From: an uncultured Candidatus Rokubacteria bacterium
GTDB taxonomy: Bacteria > Methylomirabilota > Methylomirabilia > Rokubacteriales > CSP1-6
DNA: 64,000 nucleotides
Reading direction: 5' to 3'
Assembly: GCA_963771355.1 (NCBI GenBank)
Contig: CAVYTA010000007.1
Span: 224,001 to 288,000, forward strand
In this document: piece after piece, positions 42,848 through 52,836 of the stretch
Position numbering within the stretch: position 1 is the stretch's first letter
Layout: each line of letters opens with the position of its first letter
The notes under the pieces: generated by a model
Database searches by the model: none
What the model saw: only the letters and a program-made list of their open reading frames with translations
Told to the model about the DNA's origin: nothing
Program-made: the position numbers and the translations under genes

Positions 42848-44014
42848 TCAGGCTCCCGCGCGGCGCTCGCGCTCCGCCACGTGCTTCTGGGCGGCCAGCA
42901 CCTTGGCCTGGCGGCCGGCGTCCATCAGCTCGGTGCGGCGGGAGGCGGCCCAGTTCATGCTGCTCTCGCGCCCGGCGTTGTCGCCGTTGAAGTGGGGGAG
43001 CACGTAGCGGGCGATGAGCTCGTAGCTCCGGATCGTCTGCGGGAAGTCGGCCCAGTTGTGCGCCATCTGGAGCAGGCAGCCGAAGCCGCCCGAATGCTGC
43101 TGCATCTCGGCGATGCGCCGGGTGGCGTCGTCGGGATCGCCGATCACCGCCAGGCCGGCGGCGATGAACTGCTCCACCTGCTCATCGGGAGTGCCGGTGA
43201 GCTCGAAGGGCAGCGCGATCACGTGCGTGTAGTAGTAGAGATACTTCTTGAGCCCGAAGCGGATGTTCTCCAGCGCCTGCGCGCGCGTCTCCGCCACGTG
43301 CATCGGCACCACCAGCCGCCAGGCGTCGCGGGAGGCGGTATGGCCGTGCTCGCGCGCCGTCTCGCTCCAGATCTGCCAGGTGTTGGGCAGCGCCATGTAG
43401 CCGGCGGTGGAGGTGGCGCCGATGGAGAGCAGGCCCATGCCGTACTTGCCGGCCAGCTTCGGCCCCGAGGGGGAGATCATCGCCGCCGCCGCCATCTCGA
43501 TGTGCGGGCGGCTCCACGGGCGGAGCTGCAGGCGCGCGTCCAGCAGCGAGAACCAGTCGGACTTGTGGGTCACCGTCTCGCCCCGGAGGAGCGGGAGGAT
43601 GACGGACAGCGCCTCGTCCTGCATGTCGCGCTGGCGTAGGGGATCGATGCCCAGCATCACCGCGTCCGAGGGCAGCGCCCCCGGGCCCACCCCGAACATC
43701 GCGCGCCCGCGCGTCTGGTGGTCGAGCTGCTGCATCCGGTCGGCCACGATGTACGGGTGGTGGTAGGGCAACGACACCACGCCGGTGCCGAGCCGGATGT
43801 GCCGGGTCCGCTCGGCGGCGGCGGCGATGAACAGCTCGGGCGAGGCGATGATCTCGTAGCCCGCGGAATGGTGCTCTCCCACCCAGGCCTCGTCGTAGCC
43901 GAGGCGATCGAGATGCTCGATGAGCTGGAAGTCACGCTCGATGGCGAGCGTCGGATTCTCGTCCACGGGATGGAAGGGCGCGAGGAAGATGCCGGCGCGG
44001 AGACGGTCGGTCAT
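42848..44014 (-). CDS. LLM monooxygenase (limonene 1,2-monooxygenase-like)
   Basis: GIFLAPFH, GEHHS, GVGPGALPSD. Confidence 0.9.
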   Translation of the reverse strand: MTDRLRAGIFLAPFHPVDENPTLAIERDFQLIEHLDRLGYDEAWVGEHHSAGYEIIASPELFIAAAAERTRHIRLGTGVVSLPYHHPYIVADRMQQLDHQTRGRAMFGVGPGALPSDAVMLGIDPLRQRDMQDEALSVILPLLRGETVTHKSDWFSLLDARLQLRPWSRPHIEMAAAAMISPSGPKLAGKYGMGLLSIGATSTAGYMALPNTWQIWSETAREHGHTASRDAWRLVVPMHVAETRAQALENIRFGLKKYLYYYTHVIALPFELTGTPDEQVEQFIAAGLAVIGDPDDATRRIAEMQQHSGGFGCLLQMAHNWADFPQTIRSYELIARYVLPHFNGDNAGRESSMNWAASRRTELMDAGRQAKVLAAQKHVAERERRAGA

Positions 44015-44154
44015 GAGGCCCCCTTTTTTCAGGGCTCTAGCGTACCATGTTGACAGCCCCGCGAGAGTGCGGAACAATCCCGTTCGCCTCGAGTTTTCCG
44101 CGCGAGTCGGACACCGATCACCGAGGGCCCGGGCCCCGGAAAGGACTGCCGCCG

Positions 44155-45018
44155 ATGCGCAGCACCACGCGTCTCCGCCAGCTGCTCGCCGCGCCCGGTC
44201 TCATCGTGGCGCCCGGCGCCTATGACGGCTTCTCCGCGCGCCTCATCGAGGCGGCCGGCTTCTCGGTCGTGTACATGACCGGCGCCGGCACCGCGGCCTC
44301 CCACCTCGGGCAGCCGGATCTCGGCCTCGCCACCCTCACCGAGATGGCGAACCACGCCGCGCACCTCGCGAGCGCGGTCTCGCTCCCGGTGATCGCGGAC
44401 GCCGATACCGGGTACGGCAACGCGCTCAATGCGGTGCGGACGGTGCGGGAGTACGAGCGCGCGGGGGTGGCGGGGCTGCACATGGAAGACCAGGTGGCGC
44501 CCAAGAAGTGCGGCCACATTGCGGGGAAGCTCGTGGTGCCGGTGCGGGAGTTCGCCGAGAAGATCCGCGCCGCCTCCGAGTACCGGACGGATCCCGACTT
44601 CGTCATCATCGCGCGTACGGACGCGCGGGCGGTCACCAGCCTGGACGACGCCATCGAGCGCGGCAACCGCTACGCGGAGGCGGGCGCGGACCTCATCTTC
44701 GTGGAAGCCCCGCAGACGATGGACGAGATCCGCCGGGTGGCCCGGGAAGTGAAGGCGCCGCTGCTCGCCAACATGGTGCAGGGCGGAAAGACGCCCCGCG
44801 TGCCCACCGACGAGCTCGAGCGCCTCGGGTTCCGGATCGTCATCTTCCCCGCGGTGTGCATGGCCGCCGCCATTCCCGCCATCGAGCACGCGCTCGGGCT
44901 CCTCAAGGAGCGCGGCACCGACTGGCACGAGGGGCCGGTGCTCGCCCCCATGGACATCTTCCGGAAGGTCGGCTTCGACTGGTGGCATGCCGTCGAGGAG
45001 AAGTACACCGGCGCCTGA
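44155..45018 (+). CDS. Isocitrate lyase/PEP mutase family C-C lyase (methylisocitrate/dimethylmalate lyase-like)
   Basis: [32 protein letters not shown]. Confidence 0.92.
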   Translation: MRSTTRLRQLLAAPGLIVAPGAYDGFSARLIEAAGFSVVYMTGAGTAASHLGQPDLGLATLTEMANHAAHLASAVSLPVIADADTGYGNALNAVRTVREYERAGVAGLHMEDQVAPKKCGHIAGKLVVPVREFAEKIRAASEYRTDPDFVIIARTDARAVTSLDDAIERGNRYAEAGADLIFVEAPQTMDEIRRVAREVKAPLLANMVQGGKTPRVPTDELERLGFRIVIFPAVCMAAAIPAIEHALGLLKERGTDWHEGPVLAPMDIFRKVGFDWWHAVEEKYTGA

Positions 45019-45025
45019 GCCATCC

Positions 45026-46438
45026 ATGAGCCCGGCCCCGCGCACGCTGTTCGAGAAGATCTGGAGCCGCCACGTCGTGACGGAGGGCGCCGGCGAGGTG
45101 AGCCTGCTCTACGTCGACCGGCTCCTCATGCATGACGGCGCCGTGCATACTTTCGACCGCCTCCGGAAGGCAGGACGGGCGGTACGCCGTCCGGATTCCA
45201 TCGCCGCCACCGCCGACCACTACGTGCCCACCGCGGGGGGGCGAGGCGCCATCGCGAACACGGAGGTCCGTGGCATGGTGGAGGCGATGGGGCGCCACAC
45301 CGCGGAGCTCGGGATCCCGTACTTCCCGCCCGGCGACACCCGTCAGGGGATCGTGCACGTCATGGGCCCCGAGCAGGGCTTCACCCTGCCGGGAATCACG
45401 CTGGTCTGCGGCGACTCCCACACCGCCACCCACGGGGCCTTCGGCTGCCTGGCCTTCGGCATCGGCTCCTCGGAGCTGGAGCACGTGCTGGCCACCTCGT
45501 GCCTCTGGCAGATGAAGCCGCGCGCGATGCGGATCCGCGTGGAGGGCGCCTGCCCGCCCGGCGTCGCCGCCAAGGACGTGATCCTCGCCATCATCGCGCG
45601 GATCAGCGCCGCCGGGGGCACCGGGCACGTGATCGAGTACGCGGGCCCGGCCATCGCCGCGATGTCCATGGAAGAACGGATGACGGTGTGCAACATGTCC
45701 ATCGAGGCCGGCGCCCGGGCGGGCATGGTGGCGCCCGACGCCCGCACCTACGCCTTCCTCGAGGGCCGGCCCTTCGCGCCCGCGGGCGCGCGCTGGGAGG
45801 AGGCGGTCGCCTTCTGGAAGACGCTGCCTACCGACGAGGACGCCACCTTCGACGCCGAGGTGACGCTCGACGCCTCCGCGCTCGCACCGACGGTCACCTG
45901 GGGCACCAGCCCCCAGGAAGCGCTGCCCATCACCGGACGCGTGCCGGATCCCGCCGACAGCCCGGATCCCGCCCGCCGCGCGGCGGTCGAGCGCATGCTC
46001 GCCTACATGGGGCTGGCCGCGAACACGCCGCTGACCGCGATCAGGATCGACCGCGTGTTCGTGGGCTCGTGCACCAACAGCCGTCTGGAGGACCTCCGCG
46101 CCGCCGCCGAAGTCGCGCGCGGGCGCCGCGTGGTGGTCCCGGCGTGGGCGGTGCCGGGCTCGGGGCTGATCAAGCAGGCCGCGGAGGCGGAGGGGCTCGA
46201 CCGCGTCTTCCGCGAGGCCGGCTTCGAGTGGCGCGAGCCGGGGTGCTCGATGTGCATCGGCATGAACGGCGACATCGGCCGCCCCGGCGAGCGGGTGGCG
46301 TCGACCTCGAACCGGAACTTCGAGGGCCGCCAGGGCAAGGGCGTGCGGACGCACCTCATGAGTCCCGCCATGGCGGCGGCCGCCGCCGTCACCGGCCGGC
46401 TCACCGACGTGCGGGCGCTCGTCCGCGAGGGGGCGTGA
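45026..46438 (+). CDS. leuC: LeuC-like dehydratase large subunit
   Basis: [39 protein letters not shown]. Confidence 0.88.
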   Translation: MSPAPRTLFEKIWSRHVVTEGAGEVSLLYVDRLLMHDGAVHTFDRLRKAGRAVRRPDSIAATADHYVPTAGGRGAIANTEVRGMVEAMGRHTAELGIPYFPPGDTRQGIVHVMGPEQGFTLPGITLVCGDSHTATHGAFGCLAFGIGSSELEHVLATSCLWQMKPRAMRIRVEGACPPGVAAKDVILAIIARISAAGGTGHVIEYAGPAIAAMSMEERMTVCNMSIEAGARAGMVAPDARTYAFLEGRPFAPAGARWEEAVAFWKTLPTDEDATFDAEVTLDASALAPTVTWGTSPQEALPITGRVPDPADSPDPARRAAVERMLAYMGLAANTPLTAIRIDRVFVGSCTNSRLEDLRAAAEVARGRRVVVPAWAVPGSGLIKQAAEAEGLDRVFREAGFEWREPGCSMCIGMNGDIGRPGERVASTSNRNFEGRQGKGVRTHLMSPAMAAAAAVTGRLTDVRALVREGA

Positions 46439-47052
46439 GGGTGGACGCCTTCACCACGCTCACCGCGGGGGCGGTGCCCTTCGACTTCGTCAACGTCGAC
46501 ACCGACCGGATCATTCCCGCGCGCTTCCTCCACAAGCCGCGCGGCGACGAGTATGCCGGCCTGCTCTTCCACGACGTGCGGTTCGACGAGGACGGCCACG
46601 AGCGGGCGGATTTCATCCTCAACCAGCCTGCCTTCCGCTCCGCGCGCGTCCTGGTGGCGAACGACAACTTCGGCTGCGGCTCCTCGCGCGAGCACGCGGT
46701 GTGGGCCTTGGCCGCCTACGGGATCCGCGCGGTGATCGCGCCATCCTTCGGGGACATCTTCTTCAACAACTGCTTCAAGGTGGGCGTGCTTCCGGTGGTG
46801 GTGACCCCGGAGACCGCCGCCGCCCTGCGACGCCAGCTGCACGCCATGCCGGGGGCGATGGTGACGGTCGATCTCGAGGCGCAGTCCGTGACCGCGCCGG
46901 ACGGCACCGTGATCCCGTTCGCGGTGGACGCGTTCCGCCGGCAGGGCCTCCTGCGCGGTCAGGACGAGATCGCCCTCACCCTGGAGCTCGCGCCCGCCAT
47001 CGCGGCCTTCGAGGGCCGGCGCCTCGCGGAGGAGCCCTGGCTGACCCGATGA
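46435..47052 (+). CDS. leuD: LeuD-like dehydratase small subunit
   Basis: [30 protein letters not shown] overlap. Confidence 0.88.
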   Translation: MRVDAFTTLTAGAVPFDFVNVDTDRIIPARFLHKPRGDEYAGLLFHDVRFDEDGHERADFILNQPAFRSARVLVANDNFGCGSSREHAVWALAAYGIRAVIAPSFGDIFFNNCFKVGVLPVVVTPETAAALRRQLHAMPGAMVTVDLEAQSVTAPDGTVIPFAVDAFRRQGLLRGQDEIALTLELAPAIAAFEGRRLAEEPWLTR

Positions 47053-47915
47053 AGACACCGCTCTCGGTCTACCTCCCGTTCAATCGCGACGCGCTCCGCG
47101 GCGCCTTCGAGCCCGCCAAGAGCGGCGCGGTCCCGCCCACCCTGGAAGGCCACTGGCTGATCGTGCAGGATCAAGGTCTCCTGGTGGAGCCCGCCGGCGA
47201 GGGATTCCGTCTGCCCCGGGGCGCCGCGCCCAAGGGGCTGGGCGACGTCGCCGCCGAGCCGCTGTGGCTGGGGCAGTGGCACGGCGAGCCGTGCTGGGTG
47301 GTCGGGCTTGCCCGCGACGCCACCCCGCCCGCCGGCCTGCAGCGTGAGACGCTGGTGCCGATGCGCGGCACGAAGCTGCCCGACGAGCTCCTCTCGCTGG
47401 GCGGCATGGCCATGCAGGGCCTCTGGTGGGAGAGCACCAGCGGCCACTGTCCTCGCTGCGGCACGCGCACCGAGCGCATCGCCGGCGAGTGGGGCCGGCG
47501 CTGTGGCAGCTGCCGCTACGAGCATTACCCGCATCTGCATCCCGCCGTCATCGTGCTGGTCAAGGACGGCGACCGCGTGCTCCTCGCGCGCAAGCGCGAG
47601 TGGGCGCCGGGGCGCTATGCGCTGGTGGCCGGCTTCGTCGACAACGGCGAGTCCCTCGAGGGCGCGGTCGCTCGCGAGGTGAAGGAAGAAGTCGGCGTGG
47701 ACGTCACCGACATCCAGTACGTGGGCAGCCAGAACTGGCCGTTCCCCAGCCAGATCATGCTGGGCTTCGTCGCCACCTACGCCGGCGGCACGGTGGCGGT
47801 CGATCAGGAGGAGCTGGACGACGCGCGCTGGTTTCCCGCCGACGCGCTGCCCGACGGCCCCTCGCGTCACAGCATCGCGCGCTTCATCCTGGACACGCAC
47901 GCGCGGGGCCGCTAG
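47049..47915 (+). CDS. nudC: NAD(+)/NADH diphosphatase
   Basis: CPRCG..C..C zinc ribbon, Nudix box AGFVDNGESLE..REVKEE, SQNWPFP. Confidence 0.92.
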   Translation: MKTPLSVYLPFNRDALRGAFEPAKSGAVPPTLEGHWLIVQDQGLLVEPAGEGFRLPRGAAPKGLGDVAAEPLWLGQWHGEPCWVVGLARDATPPAGLQRETLVPMRGTKLPDELLSLGGMAMQGLWWESTSGHCPRCGTRTERIAGEWGRRCGSCRYEHYPHLHPAVIVLVKDGDRVLLARKREWAPGRYALVAGFVDNGESLEGAVAREVKEEVGVDVTDIQYVGSQNWPFPSQIMLGFVATYAGGTVAVDQEELDDARWFPADALPDGPSRHSIARFILDTHARGR

Positions 47916-47956
47916 CCTCGCGTCCCTCTCACGTCACTCTCACAGGAGATCGCCCC

Positions 47957-48304
47957 ATGAGCATCACACGCTTGAGCGTCGGGCCACGCATCGCGGGCGC
48001 CGTCGTCCACGGTGACACCGTCTACCTCGCCGGACAGGTCGCCGCCGACGCCTCCGCGGGCGTGAAGGGCCAGACGGAGCAGATCCTGAAAAAGTTCGAC
48101 GAGCTGCTCGCGGCGGGGGGCTCGAGCAAGGCCAAGCTGCTGTCCGTCACGGTGTGGCTCGCGAACATGGGCAGCTACGACGAGATGAACGCGGCGTGGG
48201 ACGCGTGGGTGGATCCCAACGGCAAGCCGGCGCGGGCGACAGTGGAGTCGCGCCTCGCCAACCCAAAGTACCTGGTCGAAATCGCGGGAATCGCGGCGCG
48301 CTGA
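47957..48304 (+). CDS. RidA family protein (YoaB-like)
   Basis: VYLAGQV, MNAAW, PARATVE, VEI; AGGAG SD. Confidence 0.92.
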   Translation: MSITRLSVGPRIAGAVVHGDTVYLAGQVAADASAGVKGQTEQILKKFDELLAAGGSSKAKLLSVTVWLANMGSYDEMNAAWDAWVDPNGKPARATVESRLANPKYLVEIAGIAAR

Positions 48305-48452
48305 CCGCCTCCCGCGTAACATGTAACAGTGTAAGACTTTCCGTTGGAATCGTGTAAGAAATTCTCGCGGGCCATTGGGGGGCGTCATGCCCGGCGGCGG
48401 AGCCTCGTCGGCGCACATCGTAGCCAACACCAATTATTCTCGACTCGAAAGG

Positions 48453-48468
48453 TGGCACGACGCCTGCT
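48453..48468 (+). promoter_or_regulatory. Putative sigma54 promoter
   Basis: TGGCACG-ACGC-CTGCT (GG-N10-GC); AT-rich repeats ~100-140 bp upstream. Confidence 0.55.
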
Positions 48469-48482
48469 GTTGTTGCGCCTCC

Positions 48483-49181
48483 ATGAATGCACTACTCGCT
48501 CCCCGGACACCCGCCTCGTCTCCGCCCTCGTCTCCCGCCTTTCCCTCCGCGCCGTACGTGCGTGGCGGCGTGCTCGCTGCCGTGCGCCGACTGCGGTACG
48601 AGGTCTACTGTCTCGAGCGACGGTTCGTGGACGCCGCCACCTGCGCGGAAGGGCAGGAGAGCGACGAGTACGATCCCCACGCGGTGCACTTCGCGGCGAC
48701 CACCCCGTCGGGCTCGGTGGTGGCCACGCTCCGGCTGGTACTCGATTCGCCGCTGGGGTTTCCACTGGAAGCGCATGCGGACGGATTGATCGAGACGCGG
48801 CCGGGGACGGAGCGGACGCGCACCGGGGAGATCTCACGCCTCATCGTGGCGCCGGACTATCGCGCCGGCACCATCCGCCAGCCGCTGATGCTGTTAGGCC
48901 TGTTCCGGCACCTGTACGAGGAGTGCTGCCGGCTGGGCCTCGCCTACCTGGTGGCCGGCATGGAGGGCAGCCTCGCGCGCCTGCTCCGGCGCCTCGGCAT
49001 TCTCTTCCTGCCTCTCGGCGCCGCCATCAACTATTTTGGCGAGGTGGTGCCCTACGGCGCCACGGTGGCGTCGATGCGGCGAGGGTACGAGGAGGTCCTC
49101 GACTACGAGCGGACCTGCCTGATCGGAAGCGCCTCCCCATTCCGCTACTTCCGCGTGAGCGCGAAGGACCTTACCCGCTGA
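48483..49181 (+). CDS. N-acyl amino acid synthase FeeM/LuxI-like GNAT acyltransferase
   Basis: RLRYEVYC.E, ESDEYD, TLRLV, GEISRL. Confidence 0.8.
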   Translation: MNALLAPRTPASSPPSSPAFPSAPYVRGGVLAAVRRLRYEVYCLERRFVDAATCAEGQESDEYDPHAVHFAATTPSGSVVATLRLVLDSPLGFPLEAHADGLIETRPGTERTRTGEISRLIVAPDYRAGTIRQPLMLLGLFRHLYEECCRLGLAYLVAGMEGSLARLLRRLGILFLPLGAAINYFGEVVPYGATVASMRRGYEEVLDYERTCLIGSASPFRYFRVSAKDLTR

Positions 49182-49185
49182 GGGA

Positions 49186-50784
49186 CTAGATCCCGCGGCG
49201 GTAGACGATCTCGCCGCCGACCATGGTGAGGGCAGGGACGATGTCCTTGATCCGGCCCTCGGGACAGGTGAAGACGTCCTCGTCGAGCGCGACGAGATCG
49301 GCCCGCTTGCCGGCCTCCAGCGTGCCGGTCTCCCCTTCCTGGTGCGCGGCCTCTGCATTCCAGCTGGTGAAGGAGCGCACCGCCTCCTCGCGGGTCATGC
49401 GCTGGCCGGGTTGCCAGCCGCGATCCGCTCCGCTCCGCGGCCGCCGGGTCACCGCGGCGAAAATGCCGTGGAAGGGATTCGGGTCCTCGACGGGAAAGTC
49501 GGAGCCGCCCGCGATGCGCACTCCGGTGGCGAGGAGCGAGCGCCAGGCATAAGCGCCCCGCAGGCGGTCCGCGCCCAGGCGCTCCACCGCCCAGGGCATG
49601 TCGGAGGTGCAGTGCGTGGCCTGCATGCTCGGCATGACCCCCAGCCGCGCGAAGCGCCCGATATCGTCCGCGGCGAGGATCTGGGCATGCTCGATCCGCA
49701 GCCGGAGGGCCCGCGCGGCGGGACGCTCGCCCAGCACGCGCTCGAAGGTGTCGAGGACGAGGGTGTTGGCGCGATCGCCGATGGCGTGGACGCAGACCTG
49801 GAAGCCCCGTGCCGCCGCGTCCGCGGTGAGCCGATAGAGCTCGTCGGGCGGGATCAGCACCAGGCCGGTATTCTCCGGATCATCGCAGTAGGGGTGGTGG
49901 AGCGCGGCGCCGCGCGAGCCGAGCGCGCCGTCCGCGAGGAGCTTCAGCGCACGCACCACCACGCGGTCATCGCCCATGACCTCGGGCCCGCGGGCCCGGT
50001 AGTGATCCCACGTGGCCTCGTCGCGCCCGGCCACCGCCGCATAGTTGCGGAACGGGAAGTGCCCGCGCTCGACCAGCCGCCGGTAGGCGGCGAGGGTGCG
50101 GAGGTCCACGCCCATCTCATGGAGCCCGGTGAGACCCTTGGCCAGGCATTCCCCGATGGCGTCGCGAACCGCCGCGTCGAAGCGCGCGTCGTCGGGCGGC
50201 GGATGCACCTTCTGGACGAGACGCTGCGCCGTGTCCACCAGGAGCCCGGTGGGCTCGCCGCGAGGGTCGCGGACGACGATGCCGCCGGTGGGATCGCGCG
50301 TCTCGCGCGTGATGCCGGACGCGGCCAGCGCGGCCGAGTTGACCCAGGTGGCGTGGCCGTCGATCCGGACCAGCGCCACCGGGTGATCCGGCGCGGCGCG
50401 GTCGAGGGAGGCGCGGCTGGGCATCCGCATGCCCGGCCAGCGGTTCTGATCCCAGCCGCGTCCGCCGAGCCACTGGCCCTTGGGCATCCGCGCCGCGGCC
50501 TGCCCCACGCGGGTCGCGATCGCCTCCTCGGACGCGATCCCTCCCACGTCGAGGGTGAGCCGCGCCCGGGCCAGGTACATGAGATGCGCGTGACCGTCCA
50601 CGAGGCCGGGGAGCACGGCGCGACCGTCGAGATCGAGCACGGGCTCCGCCGCGGGCGCGTTGACCTCCGACCGCCGGCCGCAGAAGACGATACGGCCGTC
50701 GCGGAGGAGCAGAGTATCGGCAACGGCGGGGGCCGCCGGGAGGCCGTCCGTCATGGGATAGATCCGCGAATTGGTGAGCAGCAT
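49186..50784 (-). CDS. Amidohydrolase (YtcJ-like, Amidohydro_3)
   Basis: PGLVDGHAH, DGALGSRGA, HAIGD, RIEHAQ, GSDFP. Confidence 0.93.
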   Translation of the reverse strand: MLLTNSRIYPMTDGLPAAPAVADTLLLRDGRIVFCGRRSEVNAPAAEPVLDLDGRAVLPGLVDGHAHLMYLARARLTLDVGGIASEEAIATRVGQAAARMPKGQWLGGRGWDQNRWPGMRMPSRASLDRAAPDHPVALVRIDGHATWVNSAALAASGITRETRDPTGGIVVRDPRGEPTGLLVDTAQRLVQKVHPPPDDARFDAAVRDAIGECLAKGLTGLHEMGVDLRTLAAYRRLVERGHFPFRNYAAVAGRDEATWDHYRARGPEVMGDDRVVVRALKLLADGALGSRGAALHHPYCDDPENTGLVLIPPDELYRLTADAAARGFQVCVHAIGDRANTLVLDTFERVLGERPAARALRLRIEHAQILAADDIGRFARLGVMPSMQATHCTSDMPWAVERLGADRLRGAYAWRSLLATGVRIAGGSDFPVEDPNPFHGIFAAVTRRPRSGADRGWQPGQRMTREEAVRSFTSWNAEAAHQEGETGTLEAGKRADLVALDEDVFTCPEGRIKDIVPALTMVGGEIVYRRGI

Positions 50785-50864
50785 CCGTCGATGATGGGGC
50801 CGATCTCCCCGGCAAGGCAAGGCCCGCGCGCCCGGTTGCGGTATCCTGGGACCCGGAATTTCCC

Positions 50865-52187
50865 GTGACCATCGCCGCCCGCTCCTCCACCTTCGCTTCC
50901 GACGCGACGGACGCCTTCGCCCGCCGCCACCTGCGCCACAATCTGCTGGCGCTGGGCATGGACTTCGGGTTCTTCATGGTCGCGCTCTCGTTCGCGGGAC
51001 AGGCCACCATCCTGCCCGCCTTCGCCGCGCATCTCGGCGCGCCCAACGTCGTGATCGGCGCCATTCCCGCGCTCATGACCGTCGGGTGGTACCTGCCGCC
51101 CCTCTTCGTGGCGGGGTACACGCAATCGCTCGCGCAGAAGCTCCCGTTCATCGTGCGGTACACGCTCTGGGAGCGCGCGCCGTACCTGATCCTGGCCGTG
51201 GCCGCCTTCACCCTCGCCGTCCCCGCGCCCGGGCTCACGCTCGTCCTGCTCCTCGCCATGCTGCTGGTCATCGCGGCGACGGGCGGCGTGCTCATGCCCG
51301 CCTGGATGGACGTGGTCGCCGGCGCCATCCCCACCACGCTTCGTGGCCGCTTCTTCGCGTTCGCGGGGGTGGGGGCCAGCGTGGCGGGACTGGGCGCCGG
51401 CCTGGTCACGGCGTGGCTACTCTCGACGGTGCCGGCTCCGCGGAGCTACGGCCTCTGCTTCCTCCTCTGCGCGGTGTTCATGGCCGTCTCCTACGCCGCG
51501 CTCACCACGGTCCGGGAGCCGCCGCCGGCGGCGGGGCCGTCCGTCATCTCGATGCGCGGACAGCTGCGGCGGGTACCCGCGATACTCCGCGGCGACGCCA
51601 ACCTCGCCTGGTACCTCGCCGCGCGCGCCTGCGCTGCGGTGGGGACCATGGCGGGCGGGTTCTATACCGTCTACGCGCTCACCGTGCTCGGCGCGCCTGC
51701 CTGGCAGGCGGGCGTGTTCACCACCTTCATGGTCGCGGGGAAGATCGTGGGAGACCTGGTGCTGGGCTGGGTCGCCGACCACCTGGGACACCGGCTCGTC
51801 CTCATCACCGGCGTGGTGGCCACGATGGCGGGCAATGCGCTGGCGCTCCTGAGCCCCTCCATCGAGGCGTTCGGCGTGGTGTTCGCGCTGCTCGGCGTGC
51901 ATCTGGCCGCGAACAATGTCTCCGGGCTCAACGTGCTGCTGGAGTTCGCGCCCAGCGCGGCCGAACGGCCCACCTATATCGGCCTGGGTCTGACCACGGT
52001 GGCGCCGCTGGCCTTCGCGGCGCCGATCCTTGCCGGGCTGAGTGCCGACGCCTGGGGTTTTCCCGCGGTCTTCGTGGCGGCCGGCCTGTTTGGCCTGGCC
52101 GCGCTCGTCCTGCTCCTTGCGCGTGTGCGCGACCCGCGACACCTGGTAGAGACGCCGCATGTGGTGGAGATCCCGCATGGCGGCTGA
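50865..52187 (+). CDS. MFS transporter
   Basis: About 12 TM; GWVADHLGHR loop motif. Confidence 0.88.
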   Translation: MTIAARSSTFASDATDAFARRHLRHNLLALGMDFGFFMVALSFAGQATILPAFAAHLGAPNVVIGAIPALMTVGWYLPPLFVAGYTQSLAQKLPFIVRYTLWERAPYLILAVAAFTLAVPAPGLTLVLLLAMLLVIAATGGVLMPAWMDVVAGAIPTTLRGRFFAFAGVGASVAGLGAGLVTAWLLSTVPAPRSYGLCFLLCAVFMAVSYAALTTVREPPPAAGPSVISMRGQLRRVPAILRGDANLAWYLAARACAAVGTMAGGFYTVYALTVLGAPAWQAGVFTTFMVAGKIVGDLVLGWVADHLGHRLVLITGVVATMAGNALALLSPSIEAFGVVFALLGVHLAANNVSGLNVLLEFAPSAAERPTYIGLGLTTVAPLAFAAPILAGLSADAWGFPAVFVAAGLFGLAALVLLLARVRDPRHLVETPHVVEIPHGG

Positions 52188-52776
52188 GACCCCCTGGGAT
52201 CAGCGCCTGGCGCGATGGCTGGTGCGGCCGTTCGCGCGGACCCCCCTGCGTCCCAATCACATCACCACGCTGAGCCTGGCCCTGGGCGTGGCCGCGGGCC
52301 TGCTCTTCGCCCGCGGGGAGACTCGCGCCGCCGGCTGGGGCGCCGCCCTCTTCATGCTCGCGCGGTTCGTGGACCACGCCGACGGGGAGCTGGCCCGCCT
52401 CACCGGAAAAACGTCGCGGATCGGCTACTACTACGACTATGTGGCGGGCGCGCTGTCGTCGGTGGCGCTGTTCGCCGGCATCGGCGTCGGTTATGCCGGC
52501 CGCCCGCTCGGCGGCTGGGCGCTCGCCCTGGGTCTTGCCGCCTCCGTGGCTGCGCTCGCCGCGATGGGATTCGGGCTCGCGGCGGACGCGCGCCGAGGCT
52601 CCGGCGACGGGCCCTATCCGCAGTGGGGGCCCTTCGAGCTCGAGGACGGCATCTACCTCATCGGCCCCATCACCTGGCTCGGGGGCCTCGCGGCATTCTT
52701 CATGCTGGGCGCCCTCGGGCAGATCGTCTTCTCCGCGCTCCGGCTGCGCGAGCTCCGGCACGCCGCCCGCCGGTGA
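52177..52776 (+). CDS. CDP-alcohol phosphatidyltransferase family protein
   Basis: PNHIT, DHADGELARLTGKTS..G...D. Confidence 0.9.
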   Translation: MAAETPWDQRLARWLVRPFARTPLRPNHITTLSLALGVAAGLLFARGETRAAGWGAALFMLARFVDHADGELARLTGKTSRIGYYYDYVAGALSSVALFAGIGVGYAGRPLGGWALALGLAASVAALAAMGFGLAADARRGSGDGPYPQWGPFELEDGIYLIGPITWLGGLAAFFMLGALGQIVFSALRLRELRHAARR

Positions 52777-52836
52777 CGCCATCGCTGGAAAGTCCCTCCC
52801 CGCGGGGGCACACTTGAGTCGGGAGGGAACGCCGCG

